A stretch of DNA of 64,000 nt from Lingula anatina (GCA_051362555.1 CM120640.1:9176001-9240000); one strand, 5' to 3'; positions 13,915-28,900 are shown, numbered from the stretch's first letter. Notes: a model not told the origin generated them from the letters alone. Made by a program: numbers and translations.

Positions 13915-16900
13915 TACTGCCGTTAACCTCAGCCTAGATGTAATGTGTGATGAACTCATTAACCACTAGCTGAATGAGTCACCCCTGAGGAACCCCTTAG
14001 CTGTTGTGCTAGCACTGAGGCTCCATGCACCAGTAAAAGGTCTACCTGACTGATCTGGGTTTTCAGATGTATTATATGGCTCCGACTCTGCAACAGCCAG
14101 GAAAACAAGGCATCAATACAAAATTTATACACAAGGAATTCTCCCCGCTGAATAATATATAAATAAATTGGGAATAGTCCGGGTGAAGATGTTAATCACA
14201 GCATTTCCGGTTTTGAGAAAACTACCAACAGAAAAGGACGATGATAATTAATGAAAAGTTACCAATACTTTAAAACCAAGGACAGTCATCTCCAAGAGAG
14301 ATGCCTGCATTATCTAATTAAAGGGAGAAGGGAATACTTGAAACCCATTAAATTAGGACCTACAACAAACAATAAACTGACAGTAAAAAATGGACAAATA
14401 CTGAAAGACTAGGATACACAAAACAATAGCCTCTTTCTTCTCATTCACAAACATTTTGACCTTGAAATCCAATGCATTCAAACGCAGGTCAATTTCTATT
14501 CATGCTCTTTGCCTGAAACCATGCACCTCATGATACCAAATCACTGAGAGAACTTATAAATTGTTCCTAATCCACACAAATATCGACTTCACCATGATAA
14601 TGAGGGGCAAACTAAGGGTGTTAAATGATTAAATCAATGGCCTTGGATTGATAAAACTGTCCGTTAAATAGTGCATACTGTCAGGGAAGAGAAACTTAAA
14701 TCAAACTGTGAGGACTCAGATGACATTTTGTGAGATATGAAGGAAAGGATAGCAACCTACCTGAATAAAGTACAGTACAAATCATACCAGAGAAAGTTTA
14801 TCAACGCCATCACCATGATCAATAAGATATTAAAATTGTATACAGTAAAGAGACAGATTTCTGAATACTGAGATCATTAGTTAAAAGGATGTGATTAATA
14901 GATCACTAACATCCAAATGTGGATGGATTAGAGAAATCTTAGAGGAGTAAAGAGAGATTAACAGTTGAGAACAAGAGTGTTCATGTGAAATCATCAATAT
15001 CATCATCAGACTGTGATATTAAATCAGTTTAAGTGGAATTAAATACTGCTGATCCATGATTCTATCTATGTAAGTGTGCCAAGCAATCTTGAACGTGTCC
15101 CTTCACCAGGCAAAGCAGCCCAAAACCAAATACCATCAAAAACTGTCTCACCCCCAGGCATGGTTCGTCTCTTGCTGGCAGCACGCTCAAAGCGCGGCTC
15201 AGCACGGTCAATAAGGGCAGATGCCTTTTGAGTTTGATGCTGAGTTCGTCCAGAGTATCGGTACCTTGAACCGAAACCTGGGAACATCCTTCTGTGCTGG
15301 GGTGCCTCGGCTTCCTTAAGTCTAAAACATAAAAATCAGACACCAGGTGAAAATGCATGCTACATACAACTCACCATCCATACTCCGTGTAGTAAGCCGC
15401 TTGCTAGCAGCGCGCTCAAATCGAGGCTCTGGGCGATCGATGAGAGCTGCTGCTTGGCGTGTTTGGTGTTGAGTGCGTCCAGAATATCTGAACCTTGACC
15501 CAAAGCCGGGGAAGGTCAACGGCATTCGGGCATTAGGTGGCTCTGGCTCCTTTAGTCTGCAAAAGCAATTTCAATACAACCACCACCACTTCGTTTAACT
15601 CTTTAGATTGCAGTACATCTCCACTGAATACAAACCTTTTTTTTTTTTTACATTCATAACTATCTTGTATTGAATCTTGCTGGGTAATCTCATCAGCAAA
15701 AACTGCTATCAGAAATATTCCAAACCATAGCCCTGGTGGTCATTCCTGACAAATACAGACACAACCCTATGTGTCATCAATACATGAAAGTGAATGTGTG
15801 GATTACAAAACAAAGCAATCTTGAAGCATTACAAAATTTTGGTGAACAGCAGGAAAGGGCTTTTTCTACCTACCTAAAGAAAGTATGATGTTCCACACAA
15901 GTTTTCCAGAGGCGCTTGGCTAGGCGGTGATTAGCACACTTGAATCCAATGGTGTTTTCAAATTGCTCAAACTGCAAAATATTAAAGATATTATTATTTC
16001 AACTTCCCGAGGCAAGCCAACAAACAAGAGAATTATACTCAAAAACATTTTTACAAAAAAAAAAAAAAATCAATGACAAAACCCCAAGGCGAAATGTCTT
16101 AATCCCATGGGTTGTCAACACAGAATCAAGGTCCTTTTTTTAAAATACTGGATAGTTTGGTTCTAAAATCAATAAGCACAAAAGAAAAAGAACTACTTAC
16201 CTCTCCAGGCCTGATTTTCACATAGAAGTTGGATCTTTTGTAGGACAGTTTAAGAATCTTTGGCCAAGCAAAACGGTTTATCCTCAGTTTTTCTCTGTAG
16301 ACCAACAAGCCACTGGCGCAGACTCCCAGTGTGATGTCCACCAACTCAGAGTCCTGTGCGTTTTAAAAAGAAACAACTTTCATAAACCTGACCAAATATC
16401 AGAATATTGTTTAAAATATAAACACATATATTTCAATATATTTCAATTTCAATTTTAAAATGGAAAGTGCAAGTCCATCATAGAATCAAATAACAGTGAA
16501 CCCTTTCAAATTCATGCAGCCTTAGTTTTGCCTTTGGAGTTAAATTGTTGTCAAAATTCTACATTTCTTAAATCATGTTCCAAAGAAGAAACATTTGCCA
16601 ACTCCCAGCAAGGAAAAGAGTATTTACCCTGGCTTGATGCAGATCTACTCCATACATTGCCAGCTTCTTGCTATTTTCTAGGAAATGCATCTCGGCCTCA
16701 GCAGGAGTCTGGCCCCTAGAAATATCAACAAAGTTCCGCTAAAAACTAATTATTTACCATCTTTTACTGTTAAAATATCCAACAACACAGAAGTTTTATG
16801 CGCAGTTTAGAATATTGTATACAACCTCAACCTGATATATGGAAAATTTTGAACAATATGTACTAATTCCAATTAACTAAAATGACCAAAAGTTCTTTAT

Positions 16901-19900
16901 CTATTTTGAAAAAAAAATATTATCTTTTACATACTATGTCAGAATGTATTTACAAGTAGTTTCATGTCTGACAAGGAATCTGCTTACTTGTGTGTTTTGT
17001 GAAGGTCTGCAATCTTCTCCAGAAGTTCATTGGTCTGATTGGGTGCGAAACGGAAGTCCTGGATATATTTGACACCCTGTTCATCAGGGTCGTAGTCCCC
17101 AAGCTCCGACTGAACTGTGTAAGAACCCAGCAAGGCATGAGTCACAAATGAGCATGGCAGTCTGGAAAACAGTTTAAAAATATGAGTTTAAGTAAAATTA
17201 CTTTAAAAAGATATAGACTAAACAATAAATAAACAAAAAATGGCAAGTAATGCAATAAGCACTTAAAAGTATAACAAAACCCTTTATATGGAAACCTTGA
17301 ATTTTTTTCAGATTGAAATGTCCTACTCACAAGAGATTTATTCTACAAAGCTGCTGCCATCAGCCATATGAAACTAAATGGGCATAACTTCTTTGTTATA
17401 CCATCCATTAAATCTAAATGCAAACATCATGAAAAAAAAGCTGTGCAAATGAGGCTATCAAGTAGCTGTAGCTTGTTCACTTAGCCAATACAGATACAAT
17501 CCACACTACTAAATTAACTAGAGCATGAAAGATTTACAGTAATGGAAAAACATAAAGCCAAAAGCATGAATATAGGCCAACAATAATGAGATATATTTAT
17601 GCAATCTAGAGACACACCCCTCTGTAGTAATTATTTCACGTTTCGCACAGCACAGGTACTTCACATTTTGCTCATTTATTGAGTTAAACAAGTGAATGCA
17701 CAACCTGTATGCATTCTTAATCAGAAATATTTCGGGTTGAAACGCCTTATGACCAGAGGTCTGGAGCCAACTTAGGCAGAAAACTGCCAAGACAGAAAAT
17801 GGAAAATTTTAAATCAAGTCCAGTTAATGCATTAGGAAGCATTCTGCTGCTAATGTCAGCACAAAACATTTACATTGTAAAATAATCATTAAAACCATAT
17901 CAGTAACAGTAGATCAGTTAAGACAGATTTCCAATTCTTAGTTATTTCTCACTAATGAACCAATGGTCTTCCCCTTGTGAATTGTTCCATCGATCCCTCC
18001 GTAAAGAACAGAAGCCCCTCAAGCTTCAAATTATGCACAACATGGTTTTCAGCCGAGTTAACTGCAAGAATCATAAGGCCAACAAAATATGCTATATCCC
18101 GCTTAAATGATTTGCTGTGCCACTAAATTCATCACACACATCTGTTCACTCAATTTATATCAAACTTGCTTACTTCTCAATCGAATTAAATTGCTTTAAT
18201 TAGATCAAATAAAAGCTTTATCAGCATGGCTTTATAAGACCACACCCTAACAAAAATTCTTTGCATGATATCATGATCAATGACTTGGGTTATACATATT
18301 CCCATGTAGAACTCTTCTTAGTTCTGGTTGCCATAGCAATGTTTCTGCCTAATAGTGATCAAGCCTTGCTATCCCGCTTCACAGGTCCCATTTACTCAGT
18401 GGAAAATGATTCATTTGACACTAATGTGTCATTAATTTTTTCGAGGTTCTCTCTGCCCAGCTTGCTGAAGCCTCTTCCAGCAAATGTTAAGGGCTCTGCA
18501 GTGATATGCTGTTCAACATGGTTCTATACCAGTAATATATGAAATCATATGGCAATTTCACCTACTACAACCCAAATAATAATTATACCCTCCCAGAACT
18601 GCACCTGCCAAAGAAATAAAGGTTTTGGAGAAAAAAAATCTAAATCAAATGATATGTTCTAATTATTTATCTAATTCAAGTCAACAGTCCATATAAAATG
18701 TCCAGTCTTCCCAATAAGAAGTTCCCTTTTTTTCTCTTCTTTCTCACTGAACCTCCTCCCAAACTATATGCCACAGTTAATCTAATTATGTTCTTCTTCC
18801 AAACACTATGACCTTTAGGTTGAGTTGCACCGATCAGTAAGTCAACCTTAGCTCCTAATGTTTCTCTATACTGAAAGTACCCTCATGTTTATTTCAAGAA
18901 TAATTGAAGCAAATTAATTGCAAATATTGCACAGCCTTGAAATTGCTTGAAGTCAAAACAATGAAATATTGAAAAAAGCAAGAAAAAAGATGACAGCAAA
19001 AGACCTTTACTTCAGTCATTCTCATTATTTGAAAAGTTTTCATGTTCTGTCACAAAGTATCCTCCGAAACTAATAACTTAAACCTTGAAAAACTCTCATG
19101 ACTTTTCATTTCCGTTCTATCAAAGCCTCTCAATCTACAATTTCCAACTTTGAAAACCAGTTATTTCCCGTGAAATTGCATTAGGTTCAGATTTAACTGA
19201 AATGTGTCTGTGCTACAATTCCATTAAAGTTGTCTTAAAATACTTACTTGCCACTTAAGATGTCATTTCTGACTTGCAGGCACAAATGATACCTGTAAAA
19301 AAGAAAAAGACAAGAATAAAGCAGCTGTAATGCTACATATAATGGTGCAATTTTGCCAGATTCCACCTAGCATTATTTCTAGATCAGTGCTGCATACATG
19401 GGATTACAATGATGTGATCTCATACAGAAAGAACGGCTGGATGAAGCTGTGGCCTTTGTGTTATTCTGACCCAACTTGCAATTATGAATACTGACATATC
19501 AAAAACAACAGCTGGATTATCATTGTGCAAAAGGTTCTCTGAGTCAGTTATATCATGGTGTTATTATTGGCATACAGATCAATAAAGGAGGAATTACTCA
19601 TGTCAATTACCCCAAAAAACCAAGGATAAATATTGGACTTAACAGGAAACCCCCTACAGTGAACAAGGTGCCTGAAATAAAGCTGGAATAAAAGTACCAT
19701 TTTTTTCTTGGACAACTGGATGTATTGTGCATTTGACCAAATCCTTCAATTAGGAAACTGAAAGTTCAAAGTGAATGGGGAATTGCAAACACTGTACACA
19801 GAATGAAATTTAAAAGAGCCTTGTTTCCTCAGAACTTCTAAGGATTAATTTGCCAAACAGATCCTCCAGAAAATAAATACATCTTCTTTGACTCTTGACA

Positions 19901-22900
19901 ATTTTGTGAATTGTTTCTAGCCATAATTACCTGGTGAGATCTTCTGTTAGCTGGGAAGGGTCAGGAGGGTAGAACTTCACTTCAAATGCAAACACCCATG
20001 GCCCACCTGAAACACAACAGTGCAAACTGTACACTACTTTATATAATAATAATAATATGAAAGGAGTAAAAATGAATTAAGATTTTTGTAATTTTGACGC
20101 ATGTTGTCTTTGTTAAGCATAAATGATTATACAGTTGGTTATAAATAATGACTACATGAAGGATGTTCAAATAAAATTGTATTTCTGTTATTCTAATATA
20201 TGTTCTCATTGCAAAGTTGTTTGGTCTCAAACATTTCATTCCTTAAAACATTTAAGTGCTTATCTTCTCAATTCAATATATGAACCTAAATTTCAAAAAC
20301 TTTAAATAGCCAAGTAAAATATTATGCACTTCTTGAGTCACATCCTTCTAAATGATTAGGAGACAATGACTTTTTCACTGTTATATGCATAACAAGGGAA
20401 TATGAAACATTATATATTCATACTGTTCTGCGTAGAAACCCTCTACTTGTGGGAATGGCCCTAGCAGTCAGCCACTAGATGTTTTTTCCAATACAAACTG
20501 CACATGGTATCGTCATCAAGATGCCAAAAGGGGAACACACACTTGTGTGGAAGAGAAGTAGAAAATAACACAACCTTCCATCAAAGCTTTTTTTTCCTTA
20601 CACAGGGAAACCTTCATTAAATGTTCCCCTTTTAACATTCAAAACATATTACATGGATACAAGTGGGCATTTCTTGTGCTTGGCAAAGATGGTTATAAAA
20701 CTTACTCAACTATAACAGTACCATTATAGTTTTTCTCAGCACTACTTTCATGATCAAAAGATGTTTCTTTAATGTGCAGAACTACTTTATGGTGAATACA
20801 TCTATGCAGGTTGAAGTCCCACCATAAAAACACCTTTACTGCCTACATATGCTGGCATCACATGGTAAGCCTATTTGTTTGCTGCAATAAAATGATTCAT
20901 CCCAGTTTCAATATATGGGTTCAGTGAGCGCCATAACTGTCATTATGCCCCCTTCTGAGCTGCAGAGCAACCCTGGAACTCTTTTTGATGGGGTTATTTT
21001 CAACTACCTCTCGATAAAAGGTTGGCATTTAACTTAAGTTGGCAGGGTCTGAGAGCAAGAACCTGGAGTCTCTAAGCATGTGAGGCACTTGCTGATTATT
21101 CTGCCCATCTTAACGACCTATGGGGCCTTCATATCAATATATATAAGGGAAGACAGAGGAAAAATTCTAAAATGATTAAACATCTTTAAAAAGGGGGAGG
21201 TTCTCCTTCTAAAATAATTGGGTCTCGGTTGGCAAAGAATTTGACAGCCTTGAGACCTTCAATGTATTTCCAGCCTTGTACGATATTGAATTCATTTCCA
21301 CCAGAGGAAAGCACTTTGTGTATGAAAGGCAGCTAATGATACAAAATGATGTCATTACTCACAAAGAATAATGGAAATGAAATGATCCATAAAAATGTAA
21401 TTTAGAAGCCTTGTACATAATGATTAAGTGACTAAAAAGATATCTGCCAAGAAAATGTTTTTCAAAGAGGGTATTTTCAATTTATTTTAAAAGAGAAAGC
21501 TTAATTTACATGAATATTAGGGATTTTCAGAAAAACTGGATATGCCCTATTCCCAATAAAGTAATAAATAAGATCACCAACTTAAGCAAAACAGATATAC
21601 GAAAAAACATTTTGAAAAACTCCTTTAGAGCATCAGTCTCAGTTACTTTCAAAAAACCTTTTGATCTGTGGCTAGACCATTTAGTAATTATTCTATACAG
21701 GACCCCTATGGTCAGTTCTTACATCCAGAGTAAGGTTCATCTACAGGGGTCTAATAGGCAACTAGCGAGAGTAAGCTAAGATTAGCTGCTTTTTTGCAAT
21801 TAACCCTCACATAGGTTGACATTTTCCTTCAAACCAAAAGTTCCAGCAGTGGGTTGATATTGAAATTGTCCTTTGATACATAGGTTTTATATCTCAGTGC
21901 TAAAAAATAGACCAGCAGATAGCTAAAAAATATTGCAACATTTTGACTAATGCAATACGGAAAAATGACTTGAAAAAAAGATTAATGCAAGCCTCAAGAA
22001 CTAGATATTATTTTATCTGAATAATCATTGGGTATGGCCAAACAAGTTATTTTTCAGCATAAAATCAACAAAAAGAAAAAATCAAACAATATAAACCTCA
22101 ATTTAAATTTCCCTATCTGAACATCAGCCCAAAGATATCAAATTAAAAATATTCAAACAGACAATATATTATGTTCAGTATTTATCAATCTGATTTCAAT
22201 TCCCAAAGGAGAAAAAAATTAACAGAATTCCTGGATTCTAAAATGCAACAGGTTTACCATTATATGGCATTACACCAGAAGACTGATGATACCACAGAAG
22301 ACAGAGATGATTGGCTTATATGATGACATTCACAAAGATTTCAATCTATATCTTTCTAGCATGTCTGCATAATACATTATATTTTTTGGAAGATCAAAGA
22401 AATATCTGGGGAACTAAACATATTATCCATGCCCATCCATTCAAGACATTTTCCTTTCCCAATGGCTCAAACTATTACACCAAAAAAACAGCTGCAGGGA
22501 CTGGGTATCATTCTTCTCAACTAACCTTAACCCAACTTTGACCTTTCAAGGGGAAAATAAGATTGTTCGCTTAATACACTTTTTTTCTGGCAACATATTT
22601 TTTAATGATGCATTTAATGCCCTTGAACTCTTTTCATCACTTTGCAATGTGTGCTAACACAATGTGAACTTTCATAATCCTAAAATATATGTTACTACCT
22701 GCTTCCAACAACATCAATGTTAACACAGATGGGAGACATTAAGACAGAAAACCAAATCCAATAGCTTACAACCATTAAGAAAGACAGTATACTTACTACG
22801 CATCTGTTTGCTTATTTTCTTATCCAAAGCCAACCAGTACTGAAATAATATAAAAACATGTACTTCAATGGTTGCATATAGAGTAATTTTTTATAAAACA

Positions 22901-25900
22901 ATTAAGTAGGCAAGCAATAGATTTTTTTTCTTTTTGCCAAATAATACAACGCCAAGTGTGTTTTATCTGGAATAATTTCCATATCTAATACACTCTTTTA
23001 TTTCATAACTAGAGGAAAAAAAAAAGCTTGATCCAGTGCAAGCCAGTTCCTGAAGTGCAAGCCTGTTAGCTGTGCTTGGCAGGTGTAAGTTACATCACAG
23101 CAAATTGGCTCTACCAGCATCTTCAGATTAGAAGGCCTTATGTGGGCAAGATTGCACCTTGCTCAAACATTCCAATACATCTCTGCATTTCACAGCTGAC
23201 AAACAGACACATGTTTCAGGATGTCTGTTTAAAATATGTACATATGGAAAAAATACATATAAATTAACCCAATGCAAATACTAAGTATTCAAAGAGTGCC
23301 AGTTTAGCTTTATGTACATAATTATATTAACTAAGTCTCTATTAAAAGGCTAGGATTAATAAAGGTAAGGGGGTGCAAGATCAAACATGGCCACCTTTGA
23401 GAGGACACTCAAATTATAGCATGAAATAGAGTCCTTCACTTACCCGTGTGTCTGTGGCATCTCTGTAAGATATTCCAAAGTAATCTTTCTCTATAAGGTT
23501 TGCAGCTTCACATACTTTATCAAACAACACTTGCCCCTTTGCTCGTTTCTAAAAATAAAACAAAAAGGAAGCTGACATTAAATATTAAAGAAAACTAAAG
23601 GAAATATATATAATCCAAAATTTATATCATCTTGTACAATTCCTTAATAGAAGGTAAAGACAGCTACATAAAATTGGACCAGAATAAATTGCCAGTTTAA
23701 TGGACTGAGGTGCCCTGCTGTTTTAATTTATCATATAACCCCGGGACCTATCTGTTATCAAGCACCACCTGTGTCTTCAGGGGGAAGAAACCATGAGTCA
23801 ACTATGTTCTCAATTTTGTCACCTATAGCAACACACAGGTAGATAGTTCTGCCAGGACGAGGTAATAACGTGTTACAAGATTGTTAAGTATAGAAAAATA
23901 ATCATAAAAACACCTGCAGCAAGCAATTTTGCACCATGCGCCTATTCTTAGCTGTCCAATCTCCAGGGTAATTGACAGTACATCATTTTTGATGAAGAAT
24001 AATCAGTCTGAAGACCTTACTGCAAGTAAACACAGTTCTAAGATATCTTGCCAATGCTAGTACTTGCTATTTAATGCAAAACTTCTTTGGTTTTCTCAAC
24101 CTCATGTCCACACAATAAGTGCTACAAATCATCTTTTCCACTAAAATACCCAACAACACTTTCTGTTACTCAAGGCTTTTCTCTTCTACTAATTAAAAAA
24201 AATGAAGAAGAGGTGGCTACAAATCTCTTTAAATAAAAGCAATATTAAGACCAACATTTTCAATAAATATAAATAGGCTTGATCAATTTGTTATGCAAGT
24301 ATCTACTGACTGAAATCTTGTCAGTGCAAAAAAAGTGCTTCCTGCAGTGTAAACACTTCGTTATAGGCCAACAAGAACAGAACTAAAGACAGCCTCAAGG
24401 GACAGACTGACCCCTGCATGGACAAAGATTAAGGGCTTCTCCAACCTATGGGTCCATGAACCCATCAAATTACCATTATTCATGACACAGATATAGTGAT
24501 GTCTCAACACAAATGGCTTTATTGGCTTCCAGTGCGAGATGAAAGAAACAGGTAGCATAAATACTCTACCTCTTTTTAAAAGACCCCGTAGACCACTTTG
24601 ATGTATGTGAATGACAAATTCTTGATAAAAAAGCCTTGATATTACATCATTAAAAAGATCCTGATCTTAAATCTTAAGGCTTCAGGTAAAGCTTGTGCAG
24701 ACAGAAATTTAAGTCCACATGGGCGTTTAAAACAACCTTCCTGATGCAGTTGCTGTAAGTGACCCCAAGCCTCCAGTGTCACCAATCTCTCCCACTCCAT
24801 TCAGTCTTAATGGGAGGAGCATACTTGATTTACCCATTACTGAAAGAGAAATAGATGGGGTGCGTGCTGGTGTAACTGGTAGAAATGTGTAGGAGTGTGG
24901 GAACAAGAAGGGACCTTTCAACAAAACACATGCAGATTCTCTTTGTGATTCAAAGGAGGACTCCCTTATATGTGAAAAGGATTGGCACAGTGACAACAAA
25001 AGGGCTCATTAATCTCTGTCAAAATCAAATTATTTGATTTTATACCGTGCAACAAAAATACAGAACTCTATTGACCTCCAGTGACAATGCAAAAATTGCT
25101 ATGATCTCACTTTCTGCTTTTCCACTGTTTGTCTATTTTTAGTCGGTTTAAAGTTTTAACATTTACAGAACACACTAAACAGAAACCGGACACAAAAACA
25201 TTCATTAAAAAAAATCCAAGATTCCAAGTAACAGGTGTGGAGTGGACTGGATATGCAATAAAGCCATTTGTTGAGCCAAGGCAGAAATGTTCACAGCTGC
25301 ACATACTTGGAGTGAAAAGGACACCCACTTCAGTGCCAGTGTGATTAATATTCCTTCTATCTACTGTATTGTTCACTTTGGCCTGTTAATGCTTCTTCAT
25401 GACCCATAAATATCTTTTTTGAAACTAGAGATCCATTGGGGTAGCTTTATACTAAAATCAACCTAACCACCATACTTTGACTTCAGATAGACATCATTTC
25501 CTGTTTGCTGACTAAAAATATATTTAAAAATGCTTATCTCCCTATAGTTATAACAGAGCTCCTGTAAGATAAATCACTAAACTCTCTTTATCAGAAATAG
25601 TAAATCAGTGTTGTAAAAAGGCTTACATAAAGTTGATATCTAAATCTAACTTCAATTGTGAACAAAATTTAAAAAAAACTGTTATTCTTCTGAAAAATGG
25701 TCCCATTCTAATTCATCTGCCCTCAATTTCTCTTTTCACACTGTCCTTACTGTGCGATTTATCTCAGACAGCAAACTGAATTATTAACAACAACAACAAC
25801 ACACAAGCTCATTTTCATGGGGTTTTTTTTAATTAATGCTTTGGCTTAGTGCGCCATGTTTTGAACATGTTCAAGGCACTGTCCTGTGTGCATGAGTTAC

Positions 25901-28900
25901 AGTAGTTGGCTAAAGTCCCGCTCTTGTGCCCATCTTTTATCATACCTGTAAATGTGCCAGATGAACTACATACAAGCCCTGAGCTGGGCTATCAGCACCA
26001 GAACTCCACAAGTCCTCGAGATGACTAAACTCTTAAATGCAAACAAATCACATTATCCTCTGAGAGGATTAAAGTCTGTGTCTGGTGTCATAATGGGCCT
26101 GGGATGGCAATTTTTTTTTTTTTAGATTTTTTGTTTAAGAATAAAATAAAATTTTTAAAGCAATGAAATTATTGGTTAATAAAAAACTATAATACTTGAC
26201 AATTAATTCATCTTTTAATGTTTGAAACATATAACCATGCTAGAATGATTTCAGCTAGCTATCAATGAGTGGACAGGTGATTTGAACAAACGCAAACTCT
26301 AAATAATATAATACTAACAAATCAATATTGATTCCTTCAGCTCTGTCTCAGTAATATGACACCTAATGACCATGTGGCCATGTTATCCCTCGAACATGAC
26401 TTCACTTCCAAATGGTTGATCAATACCAACTGAACCATGGCCATTCTCTCTTAACATTCTCTATTATGGAAAGTGGTGCTGTTATATATGCCTATTCATA
26501 CATTACTGGGCTCATTAGATGGCTATTTGAACCTGTCAGTGAATATTACAGACTGGGAGTTTCATACCATCATGATCACTGAGAGACTAAAATACATATA
26601 TCCATCAGAATCCAGGCAAGCAACACTTACAATAATATATCAGATAATCTCCACTTTAAATATTCTTTAAAATGTGATCATATCACTTGATGTGGTACGC
26701 AAAAATAATACACACTTCAATGACATATGAAACATTTTAATGTGCATGCTACATAACAATAGTCTGAAGTATGTTGGGAGATACTGGTAAATACAAAAAT
26801 CAATACAGCTAGAAAATGCAATCGGCCAATATAGACTGACAAAATTCCATATGGATAACTCACACCTTTCAGATTCACCTATTACGTTACGGTTATGCTC
26901 GGCTGGAACATTCCAACCATCTCACATTCCCTTACCTCTACTTCAATTTCCTGATCCGTTCCATCTAGCAACAGCACCCTACAGGCCACCATCTTGGAGC
27001 TTCGTGTGGTAGGGGCTTTCTTGGGCGACTTTTCCTTTTCTTTCTTGACCTTTTCCTTTTTTGCTTTCTCTTTCTTAGGGCTGGGTTCAGCTGGGGGTGG
27101 AGTCTGGTCCTTGGGCTTTTCTTCTTCTTGGTCTACACTCTGCTGTGTGGTATCCAGGTCAGCCGGCTGTAATTAAAGAGGGGGACCCAAAATAAGCGAG
27201 CAACAACATTACTCGTGGCTCTATTGGAAGTACTGCGATCCAACTATGTTTGCACTCTTTGCGCAACAACTTGGCATTTAGTGGGATAATTACATGGCAA
27301 TCTTATAACCTCTCCTGAAATTGTTTTGACAACAGATGCATATTTATGCAGTGCATTTTGGCAAACATGATATCTAAGAATATATAATATTGACTCATTT
27401 TTTTTAACGAAAAAGAAAATGGCACCAATATAAAAAGCAGACTACTGTAAACTTGGCTTTTTCTAGTTGGTACAATTAGTTTGATCAATGTCTTTTTGTG
27501 GCATCTTTTACCTGTGCTATAAGATTGGAGCCAGAGATAGGCCTGCAGGTCAAGTTACTTATAGCAATAGACTTCACCTGGCAGCATTTCTCACTGGCTT
27601 CAAATACAGGTAACACAGCAGTGCCACAATAGACTGAAATATGTTATTCCTACTCTAATACACACAGCATCACCAACTTGTCATCCATATAATTCTTGCT
27701 CTCATGTAACTCCCTTACATGACAAACCTTTTAGCTTGTAATATGTCAAGCAATGGCTGCTAGCTGCAAAGCCTGACTAGTTTAGTAATCCATTACATGT
27801 ATTGATCAGCTGTAAAGTACACATGAGCAGAGAAGGTAAAACTAATTTTACTCATAAACCCAACAAAAGATCAATATACATTAAAATAAACAACTTATCA
27901 CTAATCCTTCCCTGACCCACCTCATTTACACTGAAAATTATAACTGATAAGACACACGTCATGAATGGATCATTTGAAATTGTGACGGTTTAATGGAGGG
28001 CTGTATCTGACCTACCTGTGTACCCGGTTCTATATCTAGGTCACATACAACCTACCTGATATGTCTTCCCAATGTGGGACAGCACATTCCTGTCCTCTTA
28101 CTCACCTGCTGCATGGAGAGAGAGACCCATAAGTATCAGAGGGCTACATCTATTCAAAGCCTGGACAATACAGATCACATCCCCCTTACCTGTGAACATC
28201 ACACTATCAGTAATTCAAACATAAGAGATCCAATCAGAGGGCCTGATAAAGCTACAAAGGTGAAGGTTCTGTCAAGTTACATGTTTCTCCACTCTTATCT
28301 ACCACCATGTTGTGTGACGTGGGGGCTGTGACATTATGTGACCGGACTATGAATGAAGCTGTCTCACTTCCAAAACATGCTCTTTGTTCTATGACAACAG
28401 GAAATACTGTACGTTCACAGTTACTGCGTCTTTCTTTAATATTATAAACATGCACTCCTTTGGGCTTTGGTTAGATTAAATGAACTTTTTTTCAAAAAGA
28501 AAGAGTGAAAGAAATTCATTTGAAAGTGAAAATAAAAGTATTTTCAGCTTCAGGTTGGCATACAAAGTTATTGTATAAATACCATTTCTCTATAAGGAAG
28601 GTTGCATATCACAAGCCTGAATGCACCGAAATGGACTATTTTTATAAACAAACTACAAACAGTAAATAGAAAAGCAGGGTTAATGAATATGGTTCAATAA
28701 AAACCTATCAACATACCCTTTAACCCACAACATCCAAATGAACTTCTAAATACCCAAATGGTAGGCAAAATACAGTTTATATTAGAGCCAAATCTATATA
28801 AAAAAAATTACTGATGAGCTTTTATTTAATAAATCTAACCAAATTGTCCCACTGGCAGTGTGTAGTATTCCAGAGCAAGAGCTTATCAAACAGGTAAATA

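Noticed and set aside
18261-18542. 93-aa + strand ORF or possible extra exon inside the FERM region
   Set aside because: The flanking FERM exons already join in frame with no missing residues, and inclusion would introduce a stop.
24727-24999. Coding-looking stretch in a 4.1 intron (+ frame [27 protein letters not shown]..; - strand 90-aa ORF)
   Set aside because: The + frame is bounded by stops with no start or acceptor, the - frame has no recognisable homology, and no partner exons were found for a nested gene.
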